DNA of 56,922 nt from Octopus bimaculoides (GCF_001194135.2 NC_068983.1:6338585-6395506); one strand, 5' to 3'. Counted from the first letter of the stretch, positions 25,738 to 36,823 are shown. A program made the numbers and translations. Notes: generated by a model not told the origin, from the letters alone.

Positions 25738-26342
25738 CACACACACACATCTATACATACATACATATATATANNNNNNNNNNNNNNNNNNNNNNNNNNN
25801 NNNNNNNNNNNNNNNNNNNNNNNNNNNNNNNNNNNNNNNNNNNNNNNNNNNNNNNNNNNNNNNNNNNNNNNNNNNNNNNNNNNNNNNNNNNNNNNNNNNN
25901 NNNNNNNNNNNNNNNNNNNNNNNNNNNNNNNNNNNNNNNNNNNNNNNNNNNNNNNNNNNNNNNNNNNNNNNNNNNNNNNNNNNNNNNNNNNNNNNNNNNN
26001 NNNNNNNNNNNNNNNNNNNNNNNNNNNNNNNNNNNNNNNNNNNNNNNNNNNNNNNNNNNNNNNNNNNNNNNNNNNNNNNNNNNNNNNNNNNNNNNNNNNN
26101 NNNNNNNNNNNNNNNNNNNNNNNNNNNNNNNNNNNNNNNNNNNNNNNNNNNNNNNNNNNNNNNNNNNNNNNNNNNNNNNNNNNNNNNNNNNNNNNNNNNN
26201 NNNNNNNNNNNNNNNNNNNNNNNNNNNNNNNNNNNNNNNNNNNNNNNNNNNNNNNNNNNNNNNNNNNNNNNNNNNNNNNNNNNNNNNNNNNNNNNNNNNN
26301 NNNNNNNNNNNNNNNNNNNNNNNNNNNNNNNNNNNNNNNNNN

Positions 26343-26397
26343 CACACACATACGACGGGCTTCTTTCAGTTTCCGTCTATCAAATCCGCTCACAAAG
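26343..26397 (-). mobile_element. SINE family A fragment truncated at a LINE junction
   Basis: ACGACGGGCTTCTTTCAGTTTCCGTCTATCAAATCCGCTCACAAAG stops abruptly where the consensus continues GCTTTGGTCGG. Confidence 0.85.
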
Positions 26398-27893
26398 TCA
26401 CTTGCTAAACGACCTCAGGTCGCTCGATTTAGATGTCGCTGCAATTAACGAGACAAGGATTTCTAATGCGCTTGTATTAGCGCCCATTTTTGATGACTAT
26501 GAGATATTCTCATAATGTGGTCCGTCGAGAGCGGGCTGCAGGGTAGCAGTACTATTCCGAAAATCCTTAGATCTCGAAGTAAAGGCAATCTTCTTGGACC
26601 CGGGCGGCACGTTGGTGGTTCTAGAGGCGAATAGTAGAGAAGGTGACGCCCTTAGACTGATGGTCATCTATGCCTCGACAGGGCTGAAAGGTCAGAATTC
26701 TTGAGGTGTCTAGAAAAATTCCTGGGAACATCTCACAGTTTAGTACTAGTAGGAGACGGGAATGGGATTTTGGACTTACGGAAGGACTGTGTGGGACTAG
26801 TGCACCGAAGAAGTGGGTACAAAAGCCTCGAAAACCTACTCAGACACTTCTAATTGTCTGATAGGTATCCACTGGATTTCCCTGATGTGCCAGTGTGAAC
26901 ATGCAGCAACCACAATGGGTCATCCAGATCATCTCTAGATAGACTATTTATTAGGCCAGAAGCTAGAGATAGTGTAGGTTGTCCACAGTTTGAATTGGTT
27001 GCCTACACAGACCACAAGTTTGTGATCTGCACAGTCGAGTTAAATAGGGTCCGTAGACAGGGACCCGGTTACTGGAAGTTAAATGCGTCCTTTCCAGCAC
27101 GCAAAGACTGAGACCGGATTAGTGAACTAGTTAAGCGCAATTGACGGGGGCAATCTTCAACAACTGGTCATGGGCTGCTCTGAAGAGGGCGGTTAGAGCA
27201 GAGTCGATAGCGCTTAGCAAAGAGTTAACAATAGAAAGGTATAGATTAGAGGGTGAACTAGTTAGTAAATTAGAAGAGGCGATTAAGAATAGCATTGCGA
27301 CCGATGTGTTAGCGGTGAGAATGGCCCTTGACCATTTCTTCGAAGCGAAATACGAAGGTTACGTTGTCAGAGCTAAGGCCTGTGCGCCCAAACAGGAAGG
27401 AACTAAAGCAGTCCGATGGCCCCGAACAGTGGAGACGCTACGTGGAAACAAAATCACAATCAGGTCTTTGACGAATCGGGATGGGCGCGTGGTACGCGGC
27501 TCCGTGCAGATGTGTGCGGCTTTTCAGCAGCATATCGGCGATGGGTCGACGACGGTACTGGAATTGGACTTTTGTTCGGACCTGGACGGCTTGCCGCAGC
27601 TCTCGGCAGCTGACGCGAGGTCATGTGAAAGGCCGATGACAGCCACTGAAATTTTGGAGGTGATGAGCGATTGCACAAGTCGCAGATGGCCCGGTTTTTA
27701 TGGTCAGCCCTATGAATTCTATGTATTCATGCCAGATTTGTTTGGAAACCTCTTGGAAGACGTCTACCGCAACTGGCAATAGAACAGGAGAATTCCTAGT
27801 GCTGTTAGAAGAGGTGTCGTGACACTGCCGAGGAAGAATGCCAATAATGGTAACATACAAGAGAACTTTCGGCCCATAACCCTGCTAAATACA
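26398..27893 (+). mobile_element. Tx1/L1-clade LINE ORF2 remnant (APE endonuclease plus start of RT), 3'-truncated, with stops and frameshifts
   Basis: LLNDLRSLDLDVAAINET (EN motif I/II), VLVGDGNGILD (GDxN), SSLDRLFI, YTDHKFV (xDH), GPGYWKLNAS, WPGFYGQPYEFY (PGxDG region), ENFRPITLLNT (RT domain 1). Confidence 0.85.
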
Positions 27894-30324
27894 TATCTAG
27901 TTAGCAACTTCCTTTTCTTTCCGTTTAAGCTGTTTAGTTCGTCTACTGTCCATGCGATTACCCCTGCTCCATATCTAAGGAGTGAATCCGTCTAGGTGTT
28001 GATAGCTTCAATCTTGTTTCGTCCGTTTAATTTCGACTTAAGGATCAGTCTCAGTCTGCGTAAGTACTCCACCTTAAATTTTTCTGTCATTTCTTTCTCC
28101 GTCAATTTATCCATTTCCAAAATCCCCAAGTACTTATAGCCCATCTCTTCTATCTGCTTCATAACATCCCCCGACGGTATCGTTAGTCCGTCCATACATT
28201 TGATTTTTGCCTCTATTCAAGACTAACACACCACACTTTCTCAGTCCGAACTCGCTTCTGATATCAGCACTGAAGGTATATACCGTATCAACGAGGGGAC
28301 TGACTTGGGCTTCATCTTTACCATCAAGTTTGAGATCATCCATGAATAATAAATGGTTGACTTTTTGTTGGCGGCTCTTGAATACATACCCAGCTTTTGC
28401 TTTCTACAGAATCAGTGTTAATGGTATCAAGCACAGTACAAAGATCAGTAGGGACAGGCAGTCCCCTGGAAAGATGCCCCTCATAATTTCTACTGTCTCT
28501 AAACTTCTTCCGTATGCTGTTAGGTCCGTCCTCCAATTCGCCATACTTTTTCCAAGCAATCACTCAACATTCGATGCAATACCAAATAGGTTCATACACT
28601 CCATAATCCAAAAATGTGGGATCATATCGTACGCCTTACGATAGTCGATCCATGACATGGCTAAGTTACTTTTCCTCCTCTTGCAGTCTCTAAGTACAGT
28701 TTTGTCTCACAGGAGTTGATCCTTGGTACCTCTGCACTTACGCTTCTGCTCATGTAGCAAGACTTCATTTTTTTCCCATATTTTCGTACATTGACTCTGC
28801 GAATATTCCAGTCAATAATTTCCACATAAGTGGCAAACAGGATATCGGCCTGTAATTGTCTATCGTATTGCCTTTTCGATGTTTTTCAAGCTCAGCACTG
28901 CCCTACCCAATGTCAACCACTCTGGTGTTACTTGGTCGGCACTTAACAAGGTGTTGAGAAGCGCAGCTATTCGTACATGACATTCACCAAATCTTTTGAT
29001 CCAGTAACTTTGAACTCCATCTGGTCCCGAGGGCTTCCAATTGCTCATTCTTTTTGCTGATTTCATTCACTTCCCTAACTGAAATGACTAGTTCTGCCTG
29101 TTTTGGACAGACTACTGTTTGTTTCAGTTCTTTCAACCATTCAGCATCCTTCTTGTGCTCCTTGTCTTTGCTCCAGATGTCACTCCAAAACCTTTGACTT
29201 TCATTGTTATCTGGTATCATCTTTTCATCTGTACACTCTCCATTTATTTCTTCATAGAATCTTTTCTGATCTACTCTGAATAACCTATTCTGGTGGTGAC
29301 CCTTCATTCTTTGGTCGTATCTTACCATTTTTGCTTTCTTTGCAACGAGGCGCTGTTTCAGTTCCTCCATTACCACTTTCAGGCTCTTTCTTTCAATATT
29401 ATACTTCCTTTTCAACGCCTGTATTTTTGTTCACTTTTAAGCTCCCCTTTCTCTTTTCGGTCTAACGCAGAGATTTCTTTCGAGAGCCTATCTAACCCTG
29501 CCCGTATTCTTCTTTTCCACCATGGGTCTTTTTTTTTTTCCGTCACTTGCATTGTATTTCTTTTTCTTGACATCAACACCTACATTTTCTGCTACAATAA
29601 TACTTGCTACCCTGATCAAATTATTTGTTTCTGTGATGTTTGTTCTGATGTATTTCAGAATTTCATTGACATGTTTCATTTCTTGGCTCAATTTTCACCG
29701 ATCAACCTTTTTAAGGTTGCAAATAATGTCGCTATCGTTCTCCTGTAGTCTTACCTTTATTCTGTCGTAGATTGCCATCTGTCACGTCGCTATTAGTTTT
29801 ATTGTCTTCTTTTAGATCATCTATATGTCTCTCATCAAGTAAACTACCACTGCTCCTTTCCTGTGCTATGAGATTACTCTTATTAGTAAGAACTGTATTT
29901 TCATTCTTATCTATGCTGCTATTGTCCAAGACCTGTCTTTTGATAGCTTCGAGCTCTACTTCTGTGAATCAACAACTTTTTCTTATTGCTCTAGCTTGAT
30001 CACATAGTCTCTGTTCCGTGAGTTGAAAGAATCCCTTTTCCCTCCAATGATCATACATACATTGTCGGTAACCCCTAATTTAAGCACCATATTCATCTCC
30101 ATTGTAGATATTAAAGATTTTAAAGCTGATCGTTTATGTGTTCGAAAATTGTAGACGTGTAAATTTCTTAACTTATTTTGAGGGAAATTCAAAATACTTA
30201 CAGGAAATTCTAGATATTCCAGTCTTTGAGAGTTATTTTTCAGTTTTCCTGCTGGATTTTATTAGTGTTTCTGCGTCTTCAGCTGCTGACAGGTCAGAGC
30301 AGCGAAGAACACGTCCAGCCGCTA
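27894..30324 (-). mobile_element. R4/Dong-clade non-LTR retrotransposon: 5' UTR, N-terminus and RT, 3'-truncated, degenerate
   Basis: GYRQCMYDHWREKGFFQLTEQRLCDQARAIRK (N-terminus), [89 protein letters not shown]; zinc knuckle and RLE absent. Confidence 0.85.
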
Positions 30325-30335
30325 TATTATTATTA

Positions 30336-30405
<70 letters not shown>

Positions 30406-30412
30406 TATTATT
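30325..30412. repeat. (TAT/TAA)n array between two Dong-like segments
   Basis: About 29 near-perfect TAT units. Confidence 0.95.
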
Positions 30413-30541
30413 CAGTAGTCTTATTTATATCACGTGCTTTCACTTCACTACCGAGCGCAGCTCTGTGTGCCTTGGGTATGTGCTGTGGTTTGTTGTAGTG
30501 TTCTTTTTCTCACTGTATTGAAAGTGCTTTACGTAGGATGT

Positions 30542-30543
<2 letters not shown>
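30413..30543 (-). mobile_element. 5'-truncated 3' end of an R4/Dong-like element
   Basis: Minus strand CAC ATC CTA CGT AAA GCA CTT TCA ATA CAG TGA = HILRKALSIQ* (R4-type C-terminus, stop at 30510-12), then a ~100-nt 3' UTR ending ..GACTACTG-(AAT)n; (TAA)n on both sides. Confidence 0.7.
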
Positions 30544-30611
<68 letters not shown>

Positions 30612-31213
30612 CGTTTTTTTTTTCCCGACATAGAAAATTGCATTTAACGAAANNNNNNNNNNNNNNNNNNNNNNNNNNNNNNNNNNNNNNNNNNNNNNNN
30701 NNNNNNNNNNNNNNNNNNNNNNNNNNNNNNNNNNTATATATATATATATATATATATGGCGCCAGATAGATAGAAAGAAAGAAAGAGAGAGGAGAGAGAA
30801 GAGAGTTAGATAGGAAGAGAAAGAATCAGGAAGAGAGAGAGAGAGAGAAACAAAAAGTGAATAAGAATGAAATACAAAAAGAAGTATGTAGAAAAATATA
30901 AAGTTAGGAGGACATGCCTAATTGAAGAATTAGCCGAGATGAGAAGAATCGAACACATTCTACGATAGTTTCACTTAAAAGCAAAAAGGATACTCGTTTC
31001 CGGTCCAACATGTTTGGTTATCGGAAACACCAACATGGCGAGCAATAACATTCGCTGCTGCACCGGAAGCCACCTCTATTGGGCAATTCATCGCTGGGAA
31101 ATAGGGTGAAATGAAGGCTGTTGAGATAAGATGGGAATCAAAAGCATAAAATAGTTTTGTCAGCCTCTTAGTCTATCTACCTCTCTTTCCTTCTCTCACC
31201 TTCTCTCTTTGTG

Positions 31214-31256
<43 letters not shown>

Positions 31257-32591
31257 CTCTCTCTTTCTCTCTCTTTCATTCTCTCTTTCTCTCTCGTTTA
31301 AATACAATTGCTTTTCGCATTATATCAATGTATATTTGTATATGTGTATGAATGTGTGCGCATGCATGTCTACATAGACGTGTATACATTTACATATANN
31401 NNNNNNNNNNNNNNNNNNNNNNNNNNNNNNNNNNNNNNNNNNNNNNNNNNNNNNNNNNNNNNNNNNNNNNNNNNNNNNNNNNNNNNNNNNNNNNNNNNNN
31501 NNNNNNNNNNNNNNNNNNNNNNNNNNNNNNNNNNNNNNNNNNNNNNNNNNNNNNNNNNNNNNNNNNNNNNNNNNNNNNNNNNNNNNNNNNNNNNNNNNNN
31601 NNNNNNNNNNNNNNNNNNNNNNNNNNNNNNNNNNNNNNNNNNNNNNNNNNNNNNNNNNNNNNNNNNNNNNNNNNNNNNNNNNNNNNNNNNNNNNNNNNNN
31701 NNNNNNNNNNNNNNNNNNNNNNNNNNNNNNNNNNNNNNNNNNNNNNNNNNNNNNNNNNNNNNNNNNNNNNNNNNNNNNNNNNNNNNNNNNNNNNNNNNNN
31801 NNNNNNNNNNNNNNNNNNNNNNNNNNNNNNNNNNNNNNNNNNNNNNNNNNNNNNNNNNNNNNNNNNNNNNNNNNNATATATATATATATATATATATACA
31901 TATATATGAATGAATGTATATGCATGTATGTTCATGTGTGTTGATATATATGTGGCTGTGTATATACCAGTGTAATGTAGATTTTCGTGACAAAGCGGCA
32001 TAGACATAATTTGCATAAGAATCATACGTGTGTATATCTCAGTATCCGTGTGTCTGTATACACGTGTGCGTGTGTGCATATATATGTGTGTGTCTGTTAG
32101 GTCTATGTGTATGTATCTATCTCTGTCTATGTGTATGTACCTATGCATGTATATGCATGTACCTATGCATGTATATGCATGTATTTACCCGCACTTGTCT
32201 GTATGTGCTTGTGAGTATGCGACCGTATTTTAAGGTGCGTTTGAGACTCGCATATGTTCGAGAGAGTGTAATTTATTCTTGCAATATGCCTCGGAGAGTT
32301 TTAATCCAATCATCATGAATAAACATGACACTGCTCCTACAGAGAGAGACGTGGGGGGCCTAAATTTATGGATATGTGACTGCGTCGGTGAATACGTGCT
32401 TGCGCACAGATTTGGGCGAATATAAACGAATATTTGTACAATAATTTCATGAATATAAGTAAAAGTCTGCTGTCTACACATAACGACACGCGCCTCCATA
32501 AACGCGTTCATCTATGACTATCTATTTATGTATCTCTGTGTGTCTATGTATCAATCTGTCTATCGACTTATCTGTCTGTCTCACTTTCTTC

Positions 32592-32632
<41 letters not shown>

Positions 32633-32768
32633 ACTGTATGTGAGTATACATATGTATGTATGCGTGTGTGTGTCCACATAGTAGCTCTCTGCCTTTGTGT
32701 TTATCTATCTACTCATCAATTTATTGCACTATCTCTTTGCTTATCCACGTATTTATCCATCTATTTAT

Positions 32769-32842
<74 letters not shown>

Positions 32843-32855
32843 CGCTAGCTACTAC

Positions 32856-33000
32856 ACTTTCTTTATTTTCTCTCCTTGTTTCCTTCTGTGTTCCTTTCTG
32901 TGGAAGAGCGTAGGCTCGAAACGTTAAAGAGTTTTCACTTCCCGAGCGTTAAAATAATACATCTGTTTGTTGTCTACACCACCAGTCTTCGTCTTTTTTA
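32856..33000 (+). mobile_element. Penelope-like terminal repeat copy 1 with hammerhead-like motif
   Basis: CTTT-CTGTGGA-A-GAGCgtagGCTC-GAAAC-GTT-AAAG at 32894-32929; closely similar to 33890-34045. Confidence 0.55.
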
Positions 33001-33889
33001 GTAATAATATATATATATATATATATATATAAAACAAAACCAGCTGCACAGTCAGAGACTAACGTGAACAGCCATGGATTTAAACTNNNNNNNNNNNNNN
33101 NNNNNNNNNNNNNNNNNNNNNNNNNNNNNNNNNNNNNNNNNNNNNNNNNNNNNNNNNNNNNNNNNNNNNNNNNNNNNNNNNNNNNNNNNNNNNNNNNNNN
33201 NNNNNNNNNNNNNNNNNNNNNNNNNNNNNNNNNNNNNNNNNNNNNNNNNNNNNNNNNNNNNNNNNNNNNNNNNNNNNNNNNNNNNNNNNNNNNNNNNNNN
33301 NNNNNNNNNNNNNNNNNNNNNNNNNNNNNNNNNNNNNNNNNNNNNNNNNNNNNNNNNNNNNNNNNNNNNNNNNNNNNNNNNNNNNNNNNNNNNNNNNNNN
33401 NNNNNNNNNNNNNNNNNNNNNNNNNNNNNNNNNNNNNNNNNNNNNNNNNNNNNNNNNNNNNNNNNNNNNNNNNNNNNNNNNNNNNNNNNNNNNNNNNNNN
33501 NNNNNNNNNNNNNNNNNNNNNNNNNNNNNNNNNNNNNNNNNNNNNNNNNNNNNNNNNNNNNNNNNNNNNNNNNNNNNNNNNNNNNNNNNNNNNNNNNNNN
33601 NNNNNNNNNNNNNNNNNNNNNNNNNNNNNNNNNNNNNNNNNNNNNNNNNNNNNNNNNNNNNNNNNNNNNNNNNNNNNNNNNNNNNNNNNNNNNNNNNNNN
33701 NNNNNNNNNNNNNNNNNNNNNNNNNNNNNNNNNNNNNNNNNNNNNNNNNNNNNNNNNNNNNNNNNNNNNNNNNNNNNNNNNNNNNNNNNNNNNNNNNNNN
33801 NNNNNNNNNNNNNNNNNNNNNNNNNNNNNNNNNNNNNNNNNNNNNNNNNNNNTATATATATATATATATATATCGTATATTTTTTCTCT

Positions 33890-34045
33890 CTCTCCTTTTA
33901 TTTCTCTCCTTGTTTCTTTCTGTTTCTTTCTGTGTTCCTTTCTGTGGAAGAGCATAGGCTCGAAACATTAAAAACTTTTTCACTTCTCGAGCGTTATACT
34001 AATACACCTGTTTGTTGTCTACACCACTTGTCTTCGTCTTTTGTT
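33890..34045 (+). mobile_element. Penelope-like terminal repeat copy 2
   Basis: Direct repeat of 32856-33000 across the gap; motif CTGTGGAAGAGCATAGGCTCGAAACATT. Confidence 0.55.
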
Positions 34046-34089
34046 TATATCGTATATATATATCGAGAAAATCAAGAAAATACTCTTTA

Positions 34090-35515
34090 GGAACATTGAA
34101 CTAGACCTCAAAATGTTTTTATGAAAAATAAACTTCGCTAAAGGAACACCGTGTAGTGGAAAATATAAAAGCTAATCGTAAGTTCTTTTTCTAGTTTGTT
34201 AAACAAAAATCACCAACACATAACCAGACTGGTCCACTAAGGGACCAAAATGAATCAGATACTAAGGATTCATCAAAAATGTGCGCACCCTTGAGTCAAC
34301 AATGCTTTCTCTCAACCTATGATTGACAAAATAGTGCATAATCCAAAGTAATTCCTTGATCCCCAGAATTCAATTGCACAGACACGCCTAGAGATTTTAG
34401 ATATCATGGAAGAAGACATAGTTATAGATATCATGGAAGAAGACATAATTATAGATATCATGGAAGAAGACATAGTTATAGATATCATGGAAGAAGACAT
34501 AGTTAGATATCATGGTAGAAGACATAGTTATAGATATCATGGAAGAAGACATAGTTATAGATATCATGGAAGAAGACATAATTATAGATATCATGGAAGA
34601 AGACATAATTATAGATATCATGGAAGAAGACATAGTTATAGATATCATGGTAGAAGACATAGTTATAGATATCATGGAAGAAGACATAGTTATAGATATC
34701 ATGGAAGAAGACATAGTTATAGATATCAATGATTTAGATTTAAATTCAGCACCAGGACCAGATGGTCTCCTAGCTATACTATTGAAAACTTGAAAAAACA
34801 GCCTCACCAAACCATTGAAGTAACTATTTCAAAAGTCATTTTAAACTGACATATTCCCAGGAGTATTGAAAGAAGCAACAGTAGCACCTATCCATAAGGG
34901 GGGTAGTAGGACTAAAGCTAAAATTTACAGACCCCTTTCTCTCACATCTCACGCATTTAAAATTGTAGAACGCACTGTTCGAAAAAGAATAGTTGCATAT
35001 CTTGAGGAAAACAACCTCTCAGATAATACACAGCATGGTTTTCGGACTGGATAAAGTTGCCTGACACAACTACTTACCTTACTTACCTTACCTTAATTAC
35101 TGGGAACGCCTGAAAGCTCTGCGTCTCTATTCTCTTGAACGCCGATGAGAGAGATATACTATCATATACGTATGGAAGATCCTGGAGGATCGGCATTAAA
35201 GCGAATTTTAATGCTCGAATTGACCGGTACTATCAGCTTCCAAATATACCATCTTCAAACTCACGAGAAAAACCCCTACTGTACCAGTCTAATATTCAGG
35301 GGTCCTCACGTATTCAACTGCTCACCCCAAAGAGATTGGAAATATAAAAGGGACCGCTACTGAAACTTTCAAAAAAAGCATTAGATGAACTCCTAACAAG
35401 GAAACCGGACCAACCAACCATTCAAGGATACACTCAGGGGAGAACAGCAACTGCAAACTCGATCATCGACCAACTGTCAATCATAAATCGACAACAATAC
35501 TAAAATAAATAAATG
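34090..35515 (+). mobile_element. CR1-clade LINE ORF2 remnant, 5'-truncated and internally deleted
   Basis: ENIKANRKFFF..GPLRDQN, DLDLNSAPGPDG, APIHKGGSR..YRPLSLTSH, QHGFRTG*SCLTQLL, then NYWERLKALRLYSLERR*ERY and FKKALDELL..KPDQP (CR1 C-terminus). Confidence 0.85.
34400..34721 (+). repeat. 27-bp minisatellite, 12 copies (one of 25 bp), unit GATATCATGGAAGAAGACATAGTTATA = DIMEEDIVI
   Basis: Units start at 34400, 34427, 34454, 34481 (25 bp), 34506, 34533, 34560, 34587, 34614, 34641, 34668 and 34695; native DINDLDL resumes at 34722. Confidence 0.95.
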
Positions 35516-35641
35516 CATTTTAAAATTTAATTTAATTTTTTTTTAAATCCATCACTAAGGTAAACATAGCTGACGTAATCCATCACCACGGCCAACTTAA
35601 TGACAAAAAGCGCAACTCGAAAGTAACTTATTTATTGGTGC

Positions 35642-35689
35642 TTTGTACAACAATATTTCGGCATCTCGTGTGCCTTCAACAGGTTCAAA
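35642..35689 (-). ncRNA. Hammerhead-like motif (CUGUUGA variant), probable PLE end
   Basis: Minus strand: TTTGAAC-CTGTTGA-A-GGCAcacgagaTGCC-GAAA-TATT-GTTGTACAAA; perfect 4-bp stem II, palindrome AATATT in stem III. Confidence 0.45.
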
Positions 35690-35730
35690 ATAAAATAAAT
35701 GTCAGTTATATAAATGTCCTTTATATAAAC

Positions 35731-35777
<47 letters not shown>

Positions 35778-36021
35778 GCGCCCTTTNNNNNNNNNNNNNN
35801 NNNNNNNNNNNNNNNNNNNNNNNNNNNNNNNNNNNNNNNNNNNNNNNNNNNNNNNNNNNNNNNNNNNNNNNNNNNNNNNNNNNNNNNNNNNNNNNNNNNN
35901 NNNNNNNNNNNNNNNNNNNNNNNNNNNNNNNNNNNNNNNNNNNNNNNNNNNNNNNNNNNNNNNNNNNNNNNNNNNNNNNNNNNNNNNNNNNNNNNNNNNN
36001 NNNNNNNNNNNNNNNNNNNNN

Positions 36022-36133
36022 TGAAAATGAAGTATTTTGCTGAAGAGTACAACGCGTCACCCGGTCCAGGAATCGAAACCACAATCTTACGATCGTGATG
36101 CTGACACCCTAAACACTAAGCCACGTGCCTCCA
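36022..36133 (-). mobile_element. SINE family C head
   Basis: Minus strand GCACGTGGCTTAGTG..GGTTTCGATTCCTGGACCGGGTGACGCGTTG. Confidence 0.85.
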
Positions 36134-36823
36134 CAAAACACAAATACTCAAAGATTTAACCGCTTGGAAAAAAAAATTATAGAACCCCCCCACACACACA
36201 CACACACTTCCAAAACAGTTAAATAAAAGGATCCGGCAACACAGACACGGAGACGGATCAACACAGAGACATTATAGACTTCCAAGAAACCCCACCACTA
36301 CCACCGAAACCACTACCATTATCACTACTGCCACCACCACCACCACCATTACAGAGGACACATGCGTCTAAGCAAATACAATTCAGGAAACAAAGGTTGT
36401 ATATGCATCTGACATAGACACCTGGGTGAATATAGCGAAATCTCTTTATCTTTATTCAGAATTCTAAGGTATTCTTTTAAAAATTCGGACACAGGGAGGT
36501 CACGTTAAACAGAATAGCGGTTAATATCAGCGGATATTGATATAAGGGTATTGTATGTATAAATAATGTTCTACAAGGACCATCTGTTGAATGGTATTTA
36601 AGCTGCATTATATTTTGGTTGCGGTGGTGGTAGTGGTGGTCATGTTGGTTGCTGTGTTGTTGTTGACTGTTGTTGTTGTTGTTGCTATGGGTAGAAAGGA
36701 GTGGTCTCCGTAGTTTTGAATTCGAACCTCGATAAAGTCAACCTTTCAACTCTCATCTTTAACGAGGTCGTTAAAATATAGTACCACTTGAGTATTGGAG
36801 TACGCATATCCTATTGTGTGAAG

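Noticed and set aside
30260-30285. CTGAAGA-CGCA-GAAAC on the minus strand in the Dong 5' UTR
   Set aside because: Stem II cannot form and there is no stem I partner; treated only as part of the 5' hairpin.
34400-34721. Regular direct repeats resembling a CRISPR array
   Set aside because: Units are contiguous with no unique spacers, the context is eukaryotic, and the unit derives from CR1 ORF2.
36035-36085. CTGAAGAG..CGAAACC on the plus strand
   Set aside because: This is the reverse complement of a SINE head (B-box GGTTTCGATTCC), so the match is coincidental.
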